Part shown: one piece after another, positions 11,801 through 24,419 of the stretch
Position numbering within the stretch: the first letter of the stretch is position 1
How the letters are laid out: every line of letters starts with the position of its first letter
DNA from: Chiloscyllium plagiosum
Lineage: Eukaryota
Direction of reading: 5' to 3'
Assembly (NCBI RefSeq): GCF_004010195.1
Contig: NC_057719.1
Location: forward strand, 68,748,622 to 68,812,621
DNA: 64,000 nt
The notes under the pieces: generated by a model
The model's database searches: none
What the model was told of the DNA's origin: nothing
The model's input: the letters and a program-made list of their open reading frames with translations, nothing else
Made by a program: the position numbers and the translations under genes

Positions 11801-13704
11801 TGAGACGGGCACTGAACAGGCTGTTTGGTTAATCAATGAGATGAAGAAAAGCTGATTGCATGAGAAAAGTTGCCATTGGCCATGGCAGACTTGCTGCTAT
11901 GAATCTGTCAAAATCAGACAGAAAATGTGAAAATTCACCTAATCAACCTCTTCAGAGATGTTGTTACGCACCACTGGAGGGTGTGGGACTTGAATCCAGG
12001 CCTCTTGGTTCAGGGATAGGAGCTCTACTTCAGCATCACAAGAGTCCCTAATGTGAAAATTCAACTACATGGGCCTGAAACCTTTCAGCTATGAATTAAT
12101 TATCCAACAATTTGATGTGTATGAATGTGCTAATTTGAGAGGGACTTGGGTCTTTAGGGAAATGAAAGTTGACTTAAGACAGAGTAACAAAAACTCTTAG
12201 AAAGGAAAATAGAAGATGGATTTTTTTAAAAACCAAATACTAATGTTTTTGTGCTCAGTAACACACATTTTATCCATTATGTTGCTGCAGTAAGAAACAG
12301 ATGTGGTCGTGAAGCAAATAAGTTTAGATTCCTCTAGATTTCAGTGCATTAATATGCTGGAAGAATTGCATTACATCCTAATAAATGTAATTACCCAGTT
12401 ATATTCTGCAAAATAATGTAAACTACCATTGTCTCTATTCACATCAAAATAAATCACATTTACTTTGAATTTTTAAAAATTAGTCTGACAGTCAAAGTAG
12501 CAGTAAAATAAGCAAATTAAAAGTTTGGATGGGTAAAGAATCACAAGATTGTTTTTCTCTGGATTCTCCTTTACTTTCTCTCAAGGAACTCCTTTAATGT
12601 TGACACATCCCTGAAGATCCATTGGAAATATTGTCACTGCCTTGGAACTCCCAATATATATTGATTCCATAACCCATTCTGCCTTAATTTAGGGATGACC
12701 CCAACATGGATAACATCAGGGTTTTTGTCCAGCAAGATATTATTTATTGGGAACTATCAAAATTGCCAATGCCAATAAATGGTATAAAACCCAGAAACCT
12801 GAATAATAACCACACTTGATGGGCTTCAGGATTTATGATGTTCTCTCATGGAACTACAAAGATTATGTAATTTCAGTTAGAAAACCATTTGAAATGTTCC
12901 AGAAAGTCAGATCTTTGCATTTTGTCAGAATGTTTGAGGTTATTTTTCCTAATTCACTCACCAGCTTGCTATATTCATTAATACTGGATTCCCATTCATT
13001 CATTCATAACCCTTTACTAACCCATTGTTTACTATAACACTGTTTCATTCATTCATTTGCAAAAACCACGTTTTGTAGTACAGTTTACTATTACAATATA
13101 GACTAAAATTACAACATCCCTTCATCGTAAATGCTTATTAGGCTTGTTTTTACACCCCTGAACAGGTGTCAGTATTGTAAACAATACCATCCCCATCATA
13201 TCTGCACGAAACATTATAATATTCATCAGCCCTTACCAACCATCACCCAGACATAAATAGATTACAGAACACCAAACAGTTTCCCCAGTTAGTGTGTACT
13301 TGTTAAATACCTTTTACTGCAGCCGTTATCCCTTTAAGAATGTAACTGACAAAACAGCACTTCCATGAAATTTGCAAATAGTATACAAATCTCACAACCC
13401 AGTGGTAATGAGTTTAATATCCTTTATTCCTTTATTAGGTACAGGTACATTCCTAAATTATTTAGAGCATATAGGCCCAGTATTTTGACGAACATTTACT
13501 AACTTAAAAGACAGAAGGACTAGCACCTCGTAGTTATGCAAACAGACCAGGCAAAAGACACTCTTAATCCCATCAGAAGTAGCAGCCAGCACTTAGCACA
13601 TGTTTTAACCCATTTCCTGTCTCCCAGGACAGAAGCTCCTCAAACCTTTGTGTCCTTTCGATGGTAAATGTAATACCATAGAGAATGGTGTTTTAATATA
13701 TGTA

Positions 13705-14480
13705 GTTAAAAATCACACAACAGGTTAGTGTCCAGCATTTGGATGTACTAGCTTTCAGAGCACTGCTCCTTCATCAAGTAGCTGTAGAGCAGGATCATAA
13801 TACAGAGAATTTATAGCAAAAGAATGCAGTGTAATGCAATTGAAACAATATATAGAACAAACGTTGGTTGCTGTTAAGTCGTCTTTTAGAATGGGTTTCA
13901 AGTTTCAGTTCATTAATATGTAAATCTCAGAACATCTTTTAAGTCACTTGAGATAACTTAAGGTTTTATATAAAAAAGTGACGTCTCAGTTTAAACAATG
14001 TATTAAAAGTGTGAGGTTAGAGTGTCTCTGTATGAATATAACATGAATACAACATGAATATAACATTTTATAAATTCCTACTTTGGAAATAGAACCAGTT
14101 TGACTCAAGAATGGGATACAGACAGACTCTAACCTCACTCCTTTAATATATTGTCTCAGCTGAGATGTCACCTTTTTTAAAATAAAACCTTAAGTTATAT
14201 CGCAGTTCTAGGATTTGCTTATTAATGAACCGAAGCCTGCAACCCATTCTAAAAGATGAAAGACTTAACAGCAATCAACATTTGTTCAATATATCATTTC
14301 AATTGCACGACACTGTTCTTTTGCTATAAATTCTCTGTCTTATCATCCTGCTCCACAGCTACCTGATGAAGGAGCAGCGCTCTGATAGTTGATACTTCCA
14401 AATAAAACTGTTGGACTATAACCTGGCATTGTGCAATTTTTAACTTTGTCCACTCCAGTCCAACACCGGCACCTCCATAT
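13705..14480. mobile_element. Penelope-like inverted pseudo-LTR pair (~330-bp arms) with degenerate hammerheads
   Basis: 13705-14033 is a diverged reverse complement of ~14117-14444; CTGATGAAGGAGCAGCGCTCTGATAG on + and TTGATGAAGGAGCAGTGCTCTGAAAG on -. Confidence 0.8.
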
Positions 14481-15254
14481 CATTAATCTGTATAAGAACT
14501 GTATTTTGGGATTCTATTGTGATCTTGAACTTGTGCTACTTGTGGTTTCTGAATAAAACAGGCTATTTTCGTCACTCACTGATTTGGTCATTATTCGAAC
14601 ATGATCCTACATGTTGAAAATGGTCAGTCCCTGGAAATTTAGAATAGAACAATCTGAATAGAATTATGGTGATTTGTATGCTTTAGTTATGAAAATCAGC
14701 CGTTACCACCGTAAGATTGGTGCAATGAATGAAGAGTGTAATATAAGCATTGTTATGACTGCAGTCAACTGAATATTTCAGCTTCGGTCACCTGATTATC
14801 CAAGACCTCTTAAGAATTAACAATGGCTTTAACAATGTCTAATTTTGACCTAAAATGGCCACAGAGATCTGCACTTGATCATAGATTGAGGCAAGTCCAG
14901 GAAACTTAAATGAAATTCACAAAACCAGCCACATTGCAATTAGCTTTTTATCAAGTGGCACAATTCAGAGAGGTATAAAGAAACTCAAATCTGTGTCTCC
15001 AGTTTAATTGACATATGTTTGATAAGTTCACACTAACCATCTTAGAAAAACAAAGTGCAGACTCAGGAATACACAAATGAACCTATAGCAACAGAGCAGA
15101 GACAAGGAAAAATTGATTTGTAAGCAAGAGCTGGGAGATAGTCTTTCTAATTATCTCTCAATCTCCAACAAAAACCAGTGAAAAAGCACCTATTCACTCT
15201 TGGCTCAAGATCTACAAAACTTTGCCACTTTGAGGAAACAAAACAATAACTAAA

Positions 15255-15430
15255 CAGTTGGGACAAGTGGTCAATACAGGTACAGTACAATATTTAAAAG
15301 ACATTTGGATAAGCATATGAATAGGAAAGGTTTGGCGGGATAAGGGCCTACGCAGATAAGTGGGGCTAGTTTGGTTTGGGAGCATGTTCAGCGTGGACTA
15401 ATTGGACTGAAGATACTATGACTCTATGAT
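15255..15430 (+). mobile_element. CR1 3' tail fragment
   Basis: Similar to 5320-5500; ends tatgactctatga. Confidence 0.75.
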
Positions 15431-15489
15431 CTCAAGGGATCACAGACTTGAAATTGCAGCTGCCTTTATCTTCCTGTCTGTTTTTAAAA

Positions 15490-16640
15490 TTAATTCACGC
15501 AGTGTTGGGCATCGCTGACTGGGCCAGAATTTATTGCTTATCCCTAGTTGCCCTTGAGAAGATGATGGTGAGCTACCTTCTTGATCTGTTGCAGTCAATG
15601 ACGTACGTCAACTGATGATGCCCTTGGGGAGGGGGTTCCAGGAGTTTGACCAAATGACACTGAAGGAATGGCAATACACTTGAGAGTAAGGATGGCTGGT
15701 GGCTTGGAGGGGAACTTGCAGATGGTGATATTCTTATTTGTCTGCTGACTTTGTCCTTTGAGCTGGTAGTGGTCATGGGTTTGAAAGGCACTGTTGAAAG
15801 AATCTTAGGGAATTTCTGTAGGGAATCTTTTAGATGATACACACTGCTGCTACTGAACATTGGTGGTGAAGAGGGGAATGCTTGTGGATGCGGTGCCAAG
15901 CAAATGAGCTGCTTTGTCCTGGATACTGTCAAGCTTCTTGCATGTTGGTAGAGCTGCACTCATCCAGCCAAGTGGGGAGTATTCCATCAAATGTCTGATT
16001 TTGCCTTGTTGAGCCTATAAAGGTGGTAGGGAGAGAGGAGATGTAGGACTCAGTGCAGGAATCCTATCCTCTGACCTGCTCTTGTGGCCACAGTAAATCA
16101 TACAGTTGTTCCAGTTCTGTTTCTGGTCACTGGTAACCCCAAGGATAGTGTGTTAGTAACAGCATTGAGTGTAAAATCGCAGTGGTTAGATTCTTGTTGG
16201 AGATGGTAATTGCCTGCTACTTGTGTGGCTTGAATTGAAGGGTGCCACTTGTCCAGGTTTTGCTGCATTTGAACATGGATTGCATCAATAGCAGAGGGGT
16301 CATGAATGGTGCTAAACATTGTGTGATCATCAACAAACATCCCACTTATGACCTTACAATGGAGAGCAAGTCATTCATGAAGCAGCTGATGATGGTTAGG
16401 TCTGAAACGCTAGCACGAGAAACTCCTGGAGCTGACATGACCGAGCATCAACAACCACAACTGTCTGCCTTTGCGCCACATATGCTTCCAACCAATGGAG
16501 AGAATTTCCCCAGATTCCCACTAACTCTAGTTTTATTAGGGCTTCTTCTTACCATGCTCAATCAAATGCAACCTTGGTGTTAAGGGCAGTCACTCTCGCT
16601 TCATCTCTGGAATTTAGCTCTTTTATCCATTTTTGAACCT
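15490..16640 (-). mobile_element. CR1/L2-group LINE 3' portion (RT C-terminus and 3' UTR)
   Basis: Minus-strand MFVDDHTMFSTI...MQQNLD (FADD-like motif); tail shared with other copies. Confidence 0.85.
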
Positions 16641-17401
16641 TTACGCACCCTAACCCTACCTTTTGGAGCTTACTATCTATATGTGTTTTATGTAGCGCCT
16701 GTTTTCAGGGCAGTAAATATTAAAATTCCACTTTCTTTCTCCCAAGAAATCCTTACAATTTGGCCCCTTTTATTTTAGTGAGCTAATTCTTTTTTTAAAA
16801 ATTGAAATGTTATAGCTGCATTCTAAAATAAAATTGTTGCAATTAACCTAGATGTTTAAAACGATCGGTGTTAATGCCACTCTCTCACCTTCTCCACCTT
16901 ACCTGACCATAAGCAGGATTGACATATGTCTGATAAAATGTACTGTCTCTTTTACATATCAGTTGCAGCATTTGAATGAAGAAATGCATTAAAAATGTAT
17001 CGAGCCATTTTTATTCTTTGATTGGTCACCTTCCTTTAACTTGGTCTTGATGTGTTTCACCACTAGGGATTATTTTAAGCTGTAAGGTTTTCTGTGGTCT
17101 ACCAGGTAGTTTTCCTTATGTTGACTTTTGCCTCTTTTAATTTTATAAAACAGTCTGGTAATTTATAACATGTCTTTACATTTCAAGTTTATTGCACTTT
17201 ATCTGGAATTATATTATACACTTAACTGATCACAGTCAGCAATGCTCAATGTAATGACCAGATCATCTTGCTTTGACTGTATAGCTCATTGATTCTTATT
17301 GTCCTCTTCTTTCTCAAAAGTTTTTCTGTTGTATTTGTAACAAAATGTTTCATAATCACTTCATAAAGTTGGTTTTTTTAAAGTTTGTTTTTTTTTGGCA
17401 G

Positions 17402-17463
17402 GTCTAGATCCAGAAAAGCATCTTGGGAAGACATTGGATCAGGTAGAACCATATCTCAAACAG
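17402..17463 (+). CDS. DPH6: DPH6 internal exon (ATP-pyrophosphatase domain): (G)LDPEKHLGKTLDQVEPYLKQ
   Basis: Poly-T tract then ggcag acceptor; gtaagt donor; 62 nt, phase 1 to 0; peptide matches recalled human DPH6 GLDPDKHLGKTLDQMEPYL. Confidence 0.96.
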
Positions 17464-17949
17464 GTAAGTTTGTCTCCATATTTGAAGAGTAAAGGAAGAA
17501 GTTGCATTAAATAGGAGCCGTTGTTTAGTTTAAGCAAGCTGAAATGCTTTCAACCAGATCAATCCTGATTCAATTCCATGAGCTGTAACTTTAGCTAACA
17601 GCTTCTGAAGAAGAACTCTATCAGATGCCTTCTGGAAGTTCATAAAAATAAGATCCATGAACATGTGGCATTGGCTATTACCTCGGTCACTTCTAAAAAT
17701 CCATTCATCATTCGTCAAGTAGGATCTATCTTTTAATCTGTGTCCGATCAGCTGAACATTTTCAGTGTTTAGTCACTGTCCCCTTAATTATGAAATGGAG
17801 TCATTTCCTGTATTAAAATATAGGGAACACAAAATGTTGAATGGGATTTCAGCTGATAAGAATTGAGTTGCAGCAATGTTTTGAAAGTGGAAGAAGTCAT
17901 GTATACCTTAAACTTTGTGAATAGATGTTCATTTTCACAAACTACATCA

Positions 17950-18275
17950 AAAACAAAAATTGGTATAAAAGCTCAGCAAGTCTGGCAGCATCTGTGGAGA
18001 GAAATCAGAGTTAATATTTCAGGTTGAGTGAACCCTTCCACAGAACCCTCAGTTTCTGTAAAAAAGCAAATTACTGCGGATGCTGAAATCTGAAACCAAA
18101 AGAGAAAATGCTGGAAAATCTCAGCAGGTCTGGCAGCATCTTTAAGGAGAGAAAAGAGCTGATGTTTCGAGTCTAACTGACCCTTTGTCAAAGCTGGTCA
18201 GCATTTTCTCTTTTGCCCTCAGTTTATGTTTTTGATTCTGATTTACAGCATCCACAATTCTTTCAGTTTTTATAA
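17950..18275. mobile_element. Nested or adjacent short Penelope-derived insertions
   Basis: Two related ctcagcaggtctggcagcatct units plus inverted ends; same family as 5644-5800. Confidence 0.7.
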
Positions 18276-21200
18276 TGTACAGCATGTTGCCAATTAGTTA
18301 TTGAGCAATCTGTTCAATTTTGTTTGGACTAAATTTCTATTTTACTGCATTTATCTTAAGTCGAACTTTTAGAAGGCCAAGTTATTACAAAAATCATAGT
18401 TATCTATGTCAATATTTTACTCTCCAAAGCAAAAAAAACATGAAAATACAATTTTCTCAGCACTGGCCTGTATACCAAAATTGAAATATCTGAAACTTCA
18501 GCGTCATTGGCAGGGACAAAACACAGTCTTCCAAAGCATCGGTTAAAGGACCTAGAAAGCGGCTGATCTTTGCCACACTTGTCCTTTTAATGTTGGGATT
18601 TGCACAAATCTTTATCAAAACTGGGCCTGCCTCCACCATACTGCTGTTTCCTAATTCCATCATATCCCCAAGCCACCACCCACATGAGCTTGGGACCATT
18701 GTGCCTGTTACTGAAGGTAACAATGACTGAAGCCACTGATTCCCTGCTCCCAGCCATGCCCCTTAGCGACAAGAGTTAGGAATCAATGCGTTCCCCAAAC
18801 ACAACCGCCACCACCATGGGGCAGACCAGGAATCTAGCCAGGATAGTGGTGAATAACTGAAGCTGCATCAAGATGGAAGGGTTCCTCTTGACTCAGGACT
18901 GGGCTCCTCCACCTGTAAGGTTGCTTTCTGTCTCAGTTCTTGTCCTCAGTCCCTTCTTTCTCCTGGACGAAATTCAGGCCCAGCCTCAATGTGCATTCAC
19001 CTCATTCCAGCAGGCTGAGTGAAAACTTCCCTTAGTCTGCTCCATCAACTTTCCTTCGGGTCCTTAATGGCTTCTCTGGTCACATGATCCCTCCCTCTCA
19101 CCTATGACTGCTGCTCCATGCAGTGGTGCTGTCTTTTGAGGAGCAGTCAGATTGGGAGGGAGGGAACCTGTGACTGGAGGAACTGGACAGACAAGATCTC
19201 TGACTGGAGGAACACCATCACAGTAACTGTGTCTCTCTCGTGTGCATGGTAGAGTTTTGACTTTATAATGTCTTAAACAAATCTCTGTTTAGACTTGGCC
19301 TCCAAAGAATGTGCACAGTTTTGGTTTGGTCTTAAGATCAAAACATTAAAAGCTCCTCTTTGCAAGTAATGAGGAAAAAGGTGACTGAATTAAGAAAAAA
19401 ATTTAGCTAATTTGCCTTTCATAGTCTCCTTAATTATTGCAAGTATTTTATCTTCTCAATACGTAAATCCTAACCTCTATAAATTTGTTACCTCTCCTCC
19501 CAATTTTAGAGTAATTAGAAATTTTTAAGTTTTAAGAAAAATAAAATCTAGTTCACTGCATCAGAATTGTCTCTAAAACAAGCAATATCTGTCCAGAAGA
19601 AATGGGACATGAACTGCAACTGTGACTGCAACTGCTACATGGGGTTGTATGGTTTATGTGCAATTCCAGAAATTCTAGATTACTCTTAAAGAGGTACACT
19701 CCCTCAGATTTTTTCCCTGCACTGATCATTGGGTTTCTTTCATATGTATTTGTATAACTGCATTTAAAAAAAATTCTAACAACATTAGGGACTTTAGATG
19801 CCTTCCGAATGGAAAAATAAAAAAATTGCTGTTTCCACAAAAATAATATTTTTTATGATTAGTGTCTGCTGTATCTCAGTCTACGTCCTGGAACATTGGA
19901 ATTACATTTGCCAGCATCAGTCATGCAGAAAAATAAACAATAGAAACAGCATTCCAGGAGGATGATCAATTTCTGCAGAGGTTACCACTTTGCTGGATGA
20001 TTTAGAATCAGCAGATTATCTGTGAAAAGTGCACCGAGATGATTATTCTTCTGAATTATTCCAACATTTCAGAATGACCCTTTGTGAAGGAAGAATGGAT
20101 AAACAAATTATTTCCACCTTTATTGAGGTGCTTAGGAAGGATCTTCCAAACATTCTATCCCCTCTAGATCAGATCTGCTTAGGTTTATAACCTGTTGAAT
20201 GTCACAGTTCTAATTACTGTATTTGCAAAGTCCCTAGATCTGCGACCTCTGGTTAATATTTCTTTAGAGGCCGTTTACTTTGCTTTCCATTTCTATAGCC
20301 ATACTTAATGCCCATTTACCATGATGGCAGTGCTCAATCTAAATTGTAAGTAATTTTTAACTTTTCAGTTTTCCACCTTGACTACTGCATTATTTTAAAG
20401 ATTCCTTTAGCCCATCAAGTGTTTCAAGTTTTGCCCATGCAGTGTTCAATGTGTGCAATTTCCTGCAGGGGTCAGTCTCTTTGTTATTGATGTCTTTTTA
20501 ATTGACCTGGAGATGTTATTACGTACCTCAAGAGCAGCGCCTGTTGCTCCAAAAGAAGGGAACTACCACTGTGCCTCAAGAGCCCTATCCTTACATCCTT
20601 CGCTTTCCAATTGTCTGCATTCCATGCCTTCTCAGCCCTACCATGATTGATAGAGCTTCCAATATTTCTGGCTCTGTGCTTTGGAAGTTTCTTCTTACAC
20701 TGTTCCACATTGCTGCATCTCCACTTTGAAATCACCCTTTTCAACCTCTCCTTGAGCTACTATCCTTAGTCCTTCTGACTCCTGTTGGAGTCTTATTCCT
20801 GATTTTGAAACACTTTGAGATGTTATATTGCTCTGAACTTAAATAATGTAAGTTGGTGCAATCTTTGCTATTGATTATTGCAGAAGAAGTAGGACACCTT
20901 TATGATGATAGTGCCTTAATGTTCTCTGATAAGAGAAACAGTGAAGGTGCAACCCTGTTATATTCCTAAAGAGGTGCTAATACTTCACTGATTTTCTAAG
21001 AGAAAAAAACTGCAGATTGAATTGTACTCTCATTCCCCAGTGTTACAGATGATTATTTTTAGTATTGACCTAGGCCATTAACAAATTGTATAGATAAATT
21101 GGGAGCCATAAACCTTGGCAGTTATAGTAGAGCTTCCACAGGATGAGTAGACACATGATAAAAGTGAGAGTTATAGAGAAAACCTATCAGCAAACTCAAT

Positions 21201-21678
21201 CTCTCTTGCATCGTTTATTCATTTTCTTAAACAGAAGGTGAGATGGGTGGTGGGATGTGGTATTTGGTTATCTTCAGATGAAGAGTGATTTCTCCAAGGG
21301 AATTGAGAATTACAGTTATTTTCCTGTATGCTACCATAGCTCAAATGGAATAGCATAATTAAGGGTTGATGCAGCCTTGGTTAGAATGTTTGCAAGTCAA
21401 GTGGGAAAATTTAGCAAAAGTTTGCTGGATAAATCGGTGTGTTGTTGGCTGAAGTTATTCGTTAATCAAGTCACAATAGCACTTAAAAGCCTTTCTAGAT
21501 ACTTTGTCTGAAAAAGTGGCATAACCTCTTAAGGATTACAAGAACCTGGTTCAGGGTCTCATTTGTCCAACCAGGCGATCAATGTTGATTAAGGAGAGTC
21601 AATAGTAGGCTTGATTTGTCAAATGAGTATCGTCATAGATGTGCTGTATCTCATTGCATTAAAACAATTAAAATAGCT

Positions 21679-22207
21679 CAAAGTTTGTGAGAAGATTTGT
21701 AGCTCGGGTGCTCGTTGTTGTGGTTCTGTTCGCTGAGCTGGGAATTTGTGTTGCAGACGTTTCGTCCCCTGTCTAGGTGACATCCTCAGTGCTTGGGAGC
21801 CTCCTGTGCAGCACTTCTGTGATGTTTCCTCCGGCATTTATAGTGGTTTGAATCTGCTGCTTCCAGTTGTCAGTTCCAGGGAGTTGTCCCTGACAAGCAA
21901 CATGAGTTCGACTGGGACAACACTACTATTATAGGACAAGCCAAACAGAGAACAGCCAGGGAATTCCTAGAGGCATGGCACTCATCCACAGATTCAATCA
22001 ATAAGCACATCGACCTGGACCCAATATACCGGCCAGTGCAGCAGACAACTGGAACTGACAACTGGAAGCGGCAGATACAAGTCACTATAAATGCCGGAGA
22101 AAACATCACAGAAGCACTTCACAGGAGGTCCCAAGCACTGAGAATGTCACCTAGACAGGGGACGAAACGTCTGCATCACAAATTCCCAGCTCGGTGAACA
22201 GAACCAC
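21679..22207 (+). mobile_element. Penelope-like element: inverted pLTR, GIY-YIG C-terminus, pLTR
   Basis: ~165-bp inverted arms (~21715-21879 and ~22049-22211); middle translates DKQHEFDWDNTTIIGQAKQRTAREFLEAWHSSTDSINKHIDLDPIY; 16-bp TSD aacaattaaaata(g/a)ct at 21663 and 22208. Confidence 0.92.
21753..21792 (-). ncRNA. Minimal type I hammerhead ribozyme, intact core
   Basis: GCA-CUGAGGA-UGUCACCU(AGAC)AGGGGAC-GAAA-CGUC-UGC: stem I GCA/UGC, stem II, palindromic ACGU stem III. Confidence 0.85.
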
Positions 22208-22274
22208 AACAATTAAAATAACTATTTAGGGAATATATGACATTTTCCATCTTGCTTGGTCTTTTCCTAATGTG

Positions 22275-22461
22275 CTGAAAATGTGTTGCTGGAAAAGCGC
22301 AGCAGGTCAGGCAGCATCCAAGGAGCGGGAGAATCGACGTTTCGGGCATGAGCCCTTCTTCAGGAATGGCTCCTGCTCCTTGGATGCTGCCTGACCTGCT
22401 GCGCTTTTCCAGCAACACATTTTCAGCTCTGATCTCCAGCATCTGCAGTCCTCACTTTCTC
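22275..22461. mobile_element. Short Penelope-derived insertion with inverted arms; intact hammerhead on - strand (22334-22365)
   Basis: 14-bp TSD cttttcctaatgtg (22261 and 22462); minus strand UC-CUGAAGA-AGGGCUCAUGCCC-GAAACGUC-GA. Confidence 0.9.
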
Positions 22462-23414
22462 CTTTTCCTAATGTGTGTGTGGACATACTGATTGATGATG
22501 ACAAAGGAGCAAGAAATTTTGTGATGCATAAGACACTGATGTAAATATGTATTAGGCCTAATGGACTAATGTGTTAACACGATATGAAAACCAAATATCA
22601 CCTGTTGCATTGACTTACAGGACCAGACCTGCTTCTTTTGAACTAGATCTTCACCTATCATCCGTCCTGAATTACCTCAATTGCTCTCCAAAGGAGGGAA
22701 GGCTGTCTTTCCAAAATAGATAAAGGAAGCCAATAATCAACTCTTCTCCTTCATATTGATAGCTTGAATCAGAAAATCTGAGATTTGCTGGAAGAAGGTG
22801 TCTTCAAAGACATCTTCCACTTGGCCTGTTTATAACAGTAAATGGAAAATATTTGCCCTTTGATGGCAAGACCATAAGAACAAGTCCCCTACTGTTTATG
22901 GTTTTCCTGTAATTCTAGACTACTTCAGTAGTCTGATTGATTTTAAGTTGAAACCCAGCTCAGCTGGAATGCATGTTACAGCCAACGCATCTTTTCACAT
23001 TTCTATCCAACTTAACCCAGTGGCTGTACATTCTGTGCTGTCATACTTTATGAGAGGATTTGACTAGATGATAGAGAATTTTGATAACAAAGAAATGTTT
23101 AATGTTGAAGTCTTATTCTTTAAAATATTCATAATTAGTGTTTTGAAGACTGCATGCAGGGGAAAGTGTATTACTGTTCTGTGATGCCATTGATCTTGTT
23201 TCTTCTATTTAAAAAAAGAACCTCTAGGCTGTATATTGAAAAAAAAACATGCTGATCATCAAAATTAAAATAGTTCCACTTTTGAACATGTATCACTAAG
23301 GGCCACAGTAACAAAATTGTTTCATCAGGAAACAGCATAGTATGAGTAATATCTTGGCACTGATTTTTATTACGAGAAATGTTTATTCGCAAATATATGG
23401 TTTTGTTATTGCAG

Positions 23415-23509
23415 ATTTCTCAGAAGTATGGAGTACATGTTTGTGGAGAAGGTGGAGAGTATGAAACCTTTACACTGGATTGTCCCTTATTCAAGAAGAG
23501 GATAGTTAT
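23415..23509 (+). CDS. DPH6: DPH6 exon: [31 protein letters not shown](I)
   Basis: ttgcag acceptor, gtgagt donor; 95 nt, phase 0 to 2; contains the Dph6 signature CGEGGEYET. Confidence 0.98.
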
Positions 23510-23714
23510 GTGAGTGGTGTTTCCTCATTAGAATACTCTGTTTCACTACATCCATGCATTTTTGCGCAAAGGCAAATTGTTATCGGGGAGAAAAATACTG
23601 GTTGACTGACCTTCTGTTTAATAAGATTTCTTTTGCATTTAATTATAATGCTCATTTGTTTTTCTCTGCCAGGATTGTTTTGATTGGTCAAGTTGAGAGC
23701 AATGCAATAACTCG

Positions 23715-24150
23715 GAGTAGTGGTAGGTTATTCATCCCCTTCAGCCTGCTCTGACGGTTAATGAGATCATAAACTGATCTGATTGTAGCCACAACTTCAT
23801 TTTCCTGTTTGCTGCCATAACTGTTGACTCTTTTCTTTATCAGCCTTGAGTATTTTCAATTACCCAGTTCCCATTGCTCGCTGGGGGAGAGAACTCCACA
23901 ATTTACGGATCCTTTGACATCTAAACTGTCTCTCCACAAGGAGGAATGTTCTCTTGGCATCTGCCATGAAAAGTCCCCCTCAGGATCTTACATATTTTAA
24001 TGAAATCACCACTCATTATTCTAAACTCTGATGAGTACAAGTCCAAGCAGTTCAACCTTTCTTCATAAGATATGCCATTCATCCAAGAATGATTCAAGTG
24101 AATTTTCTCTGAATGGCTCCTAATGTAATGATACCCGTTTTTTAAATGAG
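23715..24150 (-). mobile_element. Old CR1 3' fragment
   Basis: Reverse complement of CR1 ORF2 end and tail. Confidence 0.7.
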
Positions 24151-24419
24151 GAGGCCCGGAGAAGCAGTGATTAACTCAGTTGTAACAAACTTTGATTGTG
24201 GTTTCATACAAAATTGTTTTAAAACTTAGGAAAGAATTTTGAATGCAAAATCACATCTAGTCTATCATCCTAATGGGAACTTTGTAAATGGACCATCCTT
24301 GATTGATTGCCTGGTGGGTGTAAAATTGGTCAGTGTACTCAGTTATGTCCAAGGCTGGGTTACTCCCAACTTTATAGCTCATGAGAGAGCTCACCTCTAC
24401 CCAATAAAATTCTGCCACA

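Noticed and set aside
1..17401. Upstream DPH6 exons (SGGKDS motif, LAYLW exon)
   Set aside because: No matching peptide found in any frame I read; they presumably lie before the window
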